From the IMG/VR virus record IMGVR_UViG_2660237951_000007, positions 1 through 4,612 of that record: DNA of 4,612 nucleotides. One strand, given 5' to 3'. The DNA comes from a virus. Lineage: Duplodnaviria > Heunggongvirae > Uroviricota > Caudoviricetes. This document shows, piece after piece, positions 1 through 4,612 of the stretch. The position numbers were made by a program, and so were the translations under genes. Position 1 is the first letter of the stretch. Each line of letters starts with the position of its first letter. The notes below the pieces were generated by a model that did not search any database, was not told the origin of the DNA, and worked only from the letters and a program-made list of their open reading frames with translations.

Positions 1-182
1 GATTTGAGTTTGGGGTTTAGCGTGACAAGTTTGCGAGGGTGATCGGAGTAATCAGTGAACAGTTCGCCACCAACAATAACATCATAACCGTGGTTACGTG
101 TCGGTTGTCGCCCGTTATCCGTTCCTTCTGACCATGCCACCATATCCAGGAAAGCTTTACGCTGGGAATTTAGTGCCTGCAT
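1..182 (-). CDS. R: Endolysin, phage lambda R-type lytic transglycosylase; N-terminal 60 codons only, 3' end lies beyond the window start
   Basis: Absent from the supplied ORF track because it is truncated. Minus-strand translation from ATG at 182-180 reads MQALNSQRKAFLDMVAWSEGTDNGRQPTRNHGYDVIVGGELFTDYSDHPRKLVTLNPKLK, which matches the N-terminus of lambda R nearly residue for residue as I recall it, including the WSEGTD segment with the catalytic Glu. AGGAG (plus coords 189-193) sits 6 nt upstream of the ATG, inside the last codons of the preceding holin gene. Confidence 0.9.
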   Translation of the reverse strand, partial: MQALNSQRKAFLDMVAWSEGTDNGRQPTRNHGYDVIVGGELFTDYSDHPRKLVTLNPKLK

Positions 183-185
183 AAA

Positions 186-521
186 TTACTCCTTCGAGCT
201 ACCAAATTTGTTACCGATTACTCGCATTGCAGCCCCACGAATAGCATCGACACCGATCAGCCCCACGCCACCACCAATGGCAACAGAAAGCGATTTAGGC
301 CATCCGACATATTCAAGAGCGGATGCAAAGGTCAGCGTCAGAGCGCCACATAGCAAAATCTCGAGCGTTTTTCGCTTCCAGCCACCACCACCGCCAAAAT
401 AGGCGATGCGCAAACCAGCCATAACGATCGACATAATCACTGCACCCAGCGGTGTGTCTCCACGCCACCAGCTCTGAAACAACTCCAGCCAGTCCGGCCA
501 GGTATTTGGGTTATGAGGCAT
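186..521 (-). CDS. Class I holin, lambda S-like (about 111 aa from ATG at 521-519; the track ORF 186..617 is over-extended at its 5' end)
   Basis: Three hydrophobic segments (LGAVIMSIVMAGLRIAYF, TLEILLCGALTLTFASALEYVGW, SLSVAIGGGVGLIGVDAI) and a charged C-terminal tail. The N-terminus MPHNPN...MAGLRIAYFGGGG and the C-terminus GLIGVDAIRGAAMRVIGNK parallel lambda S (MPEKHD...AMAYLRGRYNGG and GYIGTDSIGSLIKRFAAKK, from memory). The stop TAA at 188-186 lies 3 nt before the R start, the classic S-R arrangement. The longer reading to 617 would overlap the methyltransferase stop codon and an intrinsic terminator, so the internal Met33 start is preferred. Confidence 0.75.
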   Translation of the reverse strand: MPHNPNTWPDWLELFQSWWRGDTPLGAVIMSIVMAGLRIAYFGGGGGWKRKTLEILLCGALTLTFASALEYVGWPKSLSVAIGGGVGLIGVDAIRGAAMRVIGNKFGSSKE

Positions 522-562
522 TTCGTCATCTCTCACCTCGCGATATTTGCGGGTGCTGTGTT

Positions 563-590
563 GGAAATAAAAAGGCCACGCAACGTGGCC
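563..590 (-). terminator. Rho-independent terminator directly downstream of the methyltransferase gene
   Basis: On the minus strand: GGCCACG-UUG-CGUGGCC (perfect 7-bp stem, plus coords 574-590) followed by UUUUUAUUUCC (plus 563-573). It begins 8 nt after the methyltransferase stop codon at 598-600. Confidence 0.6.
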
Positions 591-597
591 ACCAGAA

Positions 598-1650
598 TTA
601 TTTCCCCACCAGTTCACTTACCTCTTTCACCGTCTGATTAAACCGCTCTGACTCAAGTTCAACACCTAACGCCCGACGCCCCAGCGCCATTGCTGCTTTT
701 ATTGTGGAACCGGATCCCATAAAGAAATCAGCAACCAGATCACCAGGTCGACTACTGGCATTGATTATTTGCCGGAGCATATCCGCCGGTTTCTCGCACG
801 GATGTTTACCCGGGTAGAACTGAACGGGCTTATGCGTCCAGACATCGGTATAAGGCACGGAGACTGATACGGAGAAATAGCGCCGGAGAGATTTAAACTC
901 ATCCAGCAATTCAGAATATTTGCGATTCAGTGAATCATAAGATGCCACCAGCTGGTGGTGTGGTTGTTCCAGTTGTTGTTCCTGAAACTTCTCTGCCGCT
1001 ATACGGGAAAACAGTGCCTGTAACTTCCGATAGTCAGCCTCATTCGGCAACTGCCACTGACTGGCACCAAACCAGTGGGAAACCATATTTTTCTTACCTG
1101 TGGCTTCGGCAATTTGTTTTGCCGTTATACCCAGTTCGGCACGAGCATCCCTGAAATACGATATCAGCGGTGCCATTATGTGCTGTTTGAGTTCCCTTTC
1201 TTTTGCCGCATAGCCGTCACTTTTGCCGCGATATGGCCCCTGGTAATGTTCAGCAAACAGAACGCGCTCTGTGGCAGGAAAATATGCGCGCAGACTTTCT
1301 TTATTACACCCATTCCAACGTCCGGACGGCTTCGCCCAGATGATATGGTTAAGCACGTTGAAACGTTCACGCATCATGATCTCAATATCAGATGCCAGGC
1401 GATGCCCACAGAACAGGTAAAGGCTTCCGGCAGGTTTCAACACCCGCCAGAACTGGGCCAGACAGTGGTCCAGCCACTTAAGGTAATCTTCGTCCCCTTT
1501 CCACTGATTGTCCCAACCGTTAGGTTTCACCTTGAAGTAAGGCGGATCCGTAACAATAAGGTCGATGGTGTTATCTGGGAGGGTTGCGAGGTATTGCATG
1601 CAGTCAGCGTTGATAAGCTCAACACTGTTTATATTTACAGTATTTTTCAT
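598..1650 (-). CDS. DNA methyltransferase, beta-class N6-adenine/N4-cytosine family (DPPY motif; YhdJ-like), apparently orphan
   Basis: 350-aa ORF. Motif IV DPPY at residues 35-38 (plus coords 1537-1548) lies near the N-terminus and the AdoMet motif I FFMGSGST at residues 309-316 near the C-terminus; this IV-then-I order defines the beta group. N- and C-terminal blocks resemble E. coli YhdJ as I recall it (DLIVTDPPYF vs DLIFADPPYN; HPCEKPADMLRQIINASSRPGDLVADFFMGSGST vs [34 protein letters not shown]). No restriction endonuclease candidate is adjacent in the window. Confidence 0.88.
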   Translation of the reverse strand: MKNTVNINSVELINADCMQYLATLPDNTIDLIVTDPPYFKVKPNGWDNQWKGDEDYLKWLDHCLAQFWRVLKPAGSLYLFCGHRLASDIEIMMRERFNVLNHIIWAKPSGRWNGCNKESLRAYFPATERVLFAEHYQGPYRGKSDGYAAKERELKQHIMAPLISYFRDARAELGITAKQIAEATGKKNMVSHWFGASQWQLPNEADYRKLQALFSRIAAEKFQEQQLEQPHHQLVASYDSLNRKYSELLDEFKSLRRYFSVSVSVPYTDVWTHKPVQFYPGKHPCEKPADMLRQIINASSRPGDLVADFFMGSGSTIKAAMALGRRALGVELESERFNQTVKEVSELVGK

Positions 1651-1742
1651 AGATCCGTAAGCGTAACTCTGATAGGCTCACTATGCTTTTGCGCTAAAGC
1701 AGTGGGCCTTGGTTAGCTTGTGACCTGAAAGCATGAGCTAAT

Positions 1743-1773
1743 GGCTGGTTGGGTGCTACAACACCCACCAGCC
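1743..1773. repeat. Imperfect inverted repeat (12-bp arms, one bulged T, 6-nt spacer) in the intergenic region between the small ORF and the methyltransferase
   Basis: Plus strand GGCTGGTTGGGTG (1743-1755) ctacaa CACCCACCAGCC (1762-1773). The arms are reverse complements except for one extra T in the left arm. No U-tract follows on either strand, so it is not a canonical terminator. Confidence 0.55.
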
Positions 1774-1800
1774 GCCCATTTCCACAGCAGAATGCCCCCT

Positions 1801-1992
1801 TCAGTGGAGGCGTTTGTAACATCCAAACTGGTAATCTGATAACCCCGCCATAACCAGCTGCGTCAGGATGAGCTGGCATTTCTCTCGGCTTAGGTGCGTA
1901 TTCTGTGCAATTTCCCCAGCTGTCGCTGGTGAAGCGCTGAGTTCGTTAAAAACCGCTTTTGCTTCTTCTGTCATATAAGGTTGATTTTGCAT
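1801..1992 (-). CDS. Small (63 aa) winged-helix/HTH-like DNA-binding protein, family uncertain (PapI/FaeA-like pattern possible)
   Basis: ATG at 1992-1990 is preceded by AAGGGG (2005-2000) with a 7-nt spacer. The segment ATAGEIAQNTHLSREKCQLILTQLVMAGL has the helix-turn-recognition-helix spacing typical of small winged-helix regulators. The gene is co-oriented with and directly upstream of the methyltransferase gene. Confidence 0.55.
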   Translation of the reverse strand: MQNQPYMTEEAKAVFNELSASPATAGEIAQNTHLSREKCQLILTQLVMAGLSDYQFGCYKRLH

Positions 1993-2070
1993 GCCTTTTC
2001 CCCTTTTTTATCGTGTGACACACAGATAACTCTGGTTCATTTTTGCATCAAGCTTTAGATACAAAAGGCA

Positions 2071-2095
2071 TAAAAAAACCCCGCCGAGGCGAGGT
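2071..2095 (-). terminator. Promoter-proximal intrinsic terminator (tR'-like) between the Q-position gene and the cargo genes
   Basis: Minus-strand RNA CCUCGC-CUCG-GCGGGG (6-bp stem with one G-U pair and a tetraloop; plus coords 2079-2094) followed by seven U residues (plus 2072-2078). It lies about 30-55 nt downstream of the candidate promoter. Confidence 0.6.
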
Positions 2096-2103
2096 TAGAT
2101 ATA

Positions 2104-2160
2104 ATTATGACAAAATATAAAATTAGCTTCAAATATGGCTCATTTTGTTGCATTTTGCAA
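2104..2160 (-). promoter_or_regulatory. Candidate sigma70 late promoter (pR'-like) with downstream -10-like elements
   Basis: Minus-strand reading: TTGCAA (2160-2155), 17-nt spacer, CATATT (2137-2132). A second overlapping candidate is TTGAAG (2132-2127), 17-nt spacer, CATAAT (2109-2104). TATATT at 2119-2114 would fall at about +7 to +12 of the first promoter. The region is AT-rich and begins about 30 bp after the stop of the Q-position gene. Confidence 0.45.
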
Positions 2161-2190
2161 GCCCATTTGAGGGAGTTAGTGAAAGTTACC

Positions 2191-2883
2191 TCACATTTCC
2201 GCCACTTTCAGTTCTTGGTACTCTTCGTACCGTGACAAAATTTCGCTTAGTGCCTGGCTATCCATTTCAGCAAACGACGCTTTGAAAGCCGCCCAGTGGC
2301 CTGAATACACTCTGAGCCAGGTGGAACGCTCAACGCTGACCATGCGCGCCAGAGCTGCACCAGCATACTCCTGATAGGTATCGTTATTACGCGAGGCAGC
2401 AACTTCTTGCGCCGCCAGCCAGACAAGCCCTACCAGTTTTTTAGTGACGCGGCCCTGTATTTTTTTGCCGCTATGCTGACGCTGAAACTGTTCCCACACG
2501 TGCTGGCACATCAATGTCTGGTACCGGAAAGTAAGGTCATACCCATAGCAGTACCGCACCCATGCCTGCAAATGCTCACCCAGACCATTGACCGAACGAC
2601 GCCATGCTGAACAAGCGAACTCCGTATCTTTAATAGGCGGCAAAGGTCGACGACGGCTCCTTGTCTCAAGAACATAAAATGGAGTGGCCAGCGTTGTTAC
2701 AACCTTTGACCCACAACCTTCCCCACCCTCCATGACGATTTCAGGATGGTGCCGGGGGTATTTATTCTTATCTGCTGGTGGATGCTCACTGAACGCCTGC
2801 AGCTGTCCTTTTGTCGATCCTGATAAATCCGCCAGCGCGCGGCGCAGTTCAATCCGCGTATATTCCAGTTCTTGTAAATTCAT
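2191..2883 (-). CDS. Putative late-gene antiterminator at the Q position (non-lambda-Q family; assignment by synteny), 230 aa from ATG at 2883-2881
   Basis: An intact ORF directly downstream of a DUF968 gene and directly upstream of a promoter+terminator and lysis genes. This matches the ydfU-then-quuQ arrangement I recall for the E. coli K-12 Qin prophage. It shows no resemblance to lambda Q (no paired CxxC zinc-finger motifs). The track extends the ORF to a TTG at 2904; the ATG at 2883 has GGAG/GAG upstream and is preferred. Confidence 0.5.
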   Translation of the reverse strand: MNLQELEYTRIELRRALADLSGSTKGQLQAFSEHPPADKNKYPRHHPEIVMEGGEGCGSKVVTTLATPFYVLETRSRRRPLPPIKDTEFACSAWRRSVNGLGEHLQAWVRYCYGYDLTFRYQTLMCQHVWEQFQRQHSGKKIQGRVTKKLVGLVWLAAQEVAASRNNDTYQEYAGAALARMVSVERSTWLRVYSGHWAAFKASFAEMDSQALSEILSRYEEYQELKVAEM

Positions 2884-2904
2884 TATGCTCAGCGCTCCAT
2901 ACAA

Positions 2905-3966
2905 TTACGCTTTTGTTATTACGCCGATCGCCAGCGCTCGATTCATAAATCGGAATAGCAGCTCCAGCTGGGTACCGTGTTTTTTCTCGAACGCTGCAAC
3001 ATCAGCATGTAATTTGTCGTGACACTCTCTGCACAGAGGGATCACGAACAAATCGTGGGCTTTAGTGGCGGTACCGCCCATGCCGTGACCAATGACATGG
3101 TGTGGATCATCCGCTGGCCGCCGGCAACCTTCACAGGGCTGGGTTTTAGCCCACCGGGTATAGTCCTCATTCACCCACCTGCGGTGTTTTGGGCGCAACA
3201 TGAATGATTCAGGGGATTCAGGATCCGCATGCAGAGCCAGAACCTGTGGCTGGTCATAGGCCACTTCCTGATTTGTTCCATGCTTTAAATGCGCAGCCGT
3301 GACCGCAGGGGTGACCTTCTTCTGCAAAATGTTTTTTGTCGGTGGCATCGGCACAATGTCACTTTCGCGATATACGGATAAAAACGGCTCATCCGGTAAG
3401 CGAAGCGCATGCTGGGCCATCCTTTCCGTGATTGCATCAGCAATGCCTGAGTAAACGGCCCACCAGCACAATTCACCGAGGGATAGTTCACGCTCGTTGT
3501 TGTAGCCAAGCGAAGACAGGATAGAACTGATCAGCCAGTTAATGAGATTACGCCGGGCCAGTTCTGCCAGCGCCGCGGTGGTTTGCTCGCGCAGCTGGTT
3601 ATCGCAATGCCAACAGAGCAACATTGATCCAGGGGGATGTCGCATCGTTACCAGCTCATGATGGTGATAATTAGTGTGCGGGTACTGGCATTCCTTCACG
3701 TTACGCTCTAGCCAGGATTCCAACCCGGACAAACCGCCTGCTGCACGGATAACTCTCTCGTCGGTGAAGAATTCCTCGAGGGACTTATCTTCTGCCAGCG
3801 GCTGCCGGGCATCAGGGACGAGCCCCGACGGAAGCCCAGCCATGCTTTTTGGCTGAGGCTCCACCAGCACACGCCCCTGTTGAAACAAAGACATCAGTTC
3901 GCTACCCGGCTTTAACAGCACAAGCCCAAGGCGCGGAACAGTCTCGGCTGTAAACAGTCCTCTCAC
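2905..3966 (-). CDS. DUF968-family prophage protein with C-terminal HNH-like Cys/His motif (YdfU-like)
   Basis: 353-aa ORF. The C-terminal CEGCRRPADDPHHVIGHG...VIPLCRECHDKLH matches a CxxC...HH...CxxCH zinc/HNH-type motif. The GTG start at 3966-3964 overlaps the TGA of the upstream gene (GTGA) and is preceded by AAGGGG (3980-3975) with an 8-nt spacer. Family recall is from memory of lambdoid nin-region proteins. Confidence 0.75.
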   Translation of the reverse strand: MRGLFTAETVPRLGLVLLKPGSELMSLFQQGRVLVEPQPKSMAGLPSGLVPDARQPLAEDKSLEEFFTDERVIRAAGGLSGLESWLERNVKECQYPHTNYHHHELVTMRHPPGSMLLCWHCDNQLREQTTAALAELARRNLINWLISSILSSLGYNNERELSLGELCWWAVYSGIADAITERMAQHALRLPDEPFLSVYRESDIVPMPPTKNILQKKVTPAVTAAHLKHGTNQEVAYDQPQVLALHADPESPESFMLRPKHRRWVNEDYTRWAKTQPCEGCRRPADDPHHVIGHGMGGTATKAHDLFVIPLCRECHDKLHADVAAFEKKHGTQLELLFRFMNRALAIGVITKA

Positions 3967-4612
3967 GCGGCATGCCCCTTAGCGATGTGTGCCGTCCACA
4001 GGCCGCCGATCCACTCGATGCCTTTGGGTGTAAAACGTGCCTGGCTAAAGGCGTAGTTTGTTTCGCTCGTAGTGCCAGTTTTCACTTCAAACCGCCCGGC
4101 AGCAATGTGCTGGTGCCGAGGTGTCAGCACTCCACTGAGCCGGTACAAAATGCCGCTCTCAATGAGGAACAAGCGGAAATCGGTCTCTTTGGCCTGCAAC
4201 AGCTTTGCCACCTGGCGGAAAGACATTGAGCCTTTGGCAGTACAATATCGATCGACAAACTCAACTTTCGGCGCGGCAGCGGCTAACTGCTGGCTGAGTT
4301 GTTCTTTCTGCTCGGCCAGATCCGCGGCGAGACGTAATGCCTCCGGCAATGTTTGCGGGACACTTACGGCCTGGCTGTTCTCCAGCTCTTGCCAGCGATC
4401 GACAACAGCGGCGGTAAATTCTGGCGACAGCCTGGCGACGATCACCAGAGAATCACGTTTGTTAAACCAATACTCCTCGTAGGTTTGCCCGTTTTGCGGG
4501 TGTGTGTAGGGGGTGTGCGCCAACGGCGCGGTTAAAATACCAGCAGATGCAAGGCGCTCAGCTGAGCGCTTCACATCACCATGTTTGCTCTGCACCAGCC
4601 TGGCAATTTCAC
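3963..4612 (-). CDS. Rha-family phage regulatory protein with C-terminal KilA-C/ANT (antirepressor-like) domain; 5' end beyond the window
   Basis: The N-terminal part (EIARLVQSKHGDVKRSAERL ... TYEEYWFNKRDSLVIVARLSPEFTAAVVDRWQELE) follows the Rha pattern. The C-terminal part (FRQVAKLLQAKETDFRLFLIESGILYR...GRFEVKTG...FTPKGIEWIGGLW) follows the KilA-C/ANT pattern. The reading frame stays open upstream of the track's GTG at 4595 to the window edge, so the true start is outside the window. Confidence 0.8.
   Translation of the reverse strand, partial: EIARLVQSKHGDVKRSAERLASAGILTAPLAHTPYTHPQNGQTYEEYWFNKRDSLVIVARLSPEFTAAVVDRWQELENSQAVSVPQTLPEALRLAADLAEQKEQLSQQLAAAAPKVEFVDRYCTAKGSMSFRQVAKLLQAKETDFRLFLIESGILYRLSGVLTPRHQHIAAGRFEVKTGTTSETNYAFSQARFTPKGIEWIGGLWTAHIAKGHAA

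Noticed and set aside
522-617. Full-length 143-aa reading of the holin ORF starting at 617
   Set aside because: The extra 32 codons would overlap the methyltransferase stop codon and the intrinsic terminator at 563-590, and have no counterpart in S-like holins. The internal ATG at 521-519 aligns with the lambda S start.
1176-1370. Minus-strand 64-aa ORF inside the methyltransferase gene
   Set aside because: It is out of frame within the 350-aa methyltransferase ORF, which carries both diagnostic motifs; no independent support.
1652-1655. GATC tetranucleotide within the methyltransferase ribosome-binding region, as a possible Dam-dependent autoregulatory site
   Set aside because: A single GATC is expected by chance about every 256 bp, and there is no cluster or paired arrangement in either intergenic region.
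1651-1800. Possible tRNA gene in the intergenic region (Stx phages carry tRNAs downstream of pR')
   Set aside because: I could find no acceptor-stem pairing between the ends of any 70-90 nt segment and no GTTCGA/T-loop-like motif on either strand. The only strong structure is a simple long hairpin.
1694-1879. Minus-strand 61-aa ORF overlapping the small HTH gene and the downstream hairpin
   Set aside because: Alternative frame overlapping the better-supported 1801..1992 ORF (which has a strong ribosome-binding site); its product is Gly/Pro/Ala-rich with no motif.
2104-2132. TTGAAG-17-CATAAT as the main late promoter
   Set aside because: It has better hexamers than the upstream candidate, but its start would fall at about 2096, directly abutting the terminator stem (2094-2079), leaving no room for a nascent RNA hairpin. 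It is more plausibly a -10-like pause element or secondary promoter; kept only as an alternative within the promoter feature.
2884-2904. TTG start at 2904 for the Q-position gene
   Set aside because: The ATG at 2883-2881 is preceded by GGAG/GAG, whereas the TTG directly abuts the upstream stop with no ribosome-binding site; the TTG is probably just the upstream limit of the open frame.
3285-3509. Minus-strand 74-aa ORF inside the DUF968 gene
   Set aside because: Out-of-frame internal ORF; Arg/Cys-rich low-complexity product, no start signal.
208-4535. Plus-strand ORFs in the six-frame track (208..402, 452..637, 930..1154, 1075..1716, 2407..2610, 2684..3022, 3019..3207, 3674..3856, 3972..4229, 4072..4482, 4353..4535)
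   Set aside because: Each lies antisense within a minus-strand gene that has clear family motifs. None has a recognisable motif or a convincing ribosome-binding site, and their compositions are low-complexity (Pro/Ser/Cys-rich), typical of shadow ORFs.
1-4612. CRISPR arrays, insertion sequences, integrase or att sites
   Set aside because: No regularly spaced direct repeats, no terminal inverted repeats flanking a transposase-like ORF, and no recombinase ORF are present in this window.

Overview
Every gene I can support lies on the minus strand, and together they form the late-regulatory/lysis junction of a lambdoid (pro)phage from an enterobacterium. In transcription order (high to low coordinates): a Rha/KilAC antirepressor-like gene (5' end beyond the window), a DUF968-type protein with an HNH-like Cys/His motif, a Q-position late-antiterminator candidate, an AT-rich 198-bp intergenic region with a sigma70-type promoter followed by a GC hairpin plus U7 intrinsic terminator (pR'/tR'-like), a 63-aa winged-helix-like small protein, a 350-aa beta-class DPPY N6-adenine/N4-cytosine DNA methyltransferase with its own downstream terminator, a lambda S-like class I holin, and the first 60 codons of a lambda R-type endolysin. 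The most interesting content is the two-gene cargo (small HTH protein plus orphan methyltransferase) sitting between the late promoter/terminator and the lysis cassette, the slot where Stx phages carry toxin genes. Plus-strand ORFs in the supplied track are antisense shadows. All homology statements come from reading the translations and from memory of family motifs; no database search was run.
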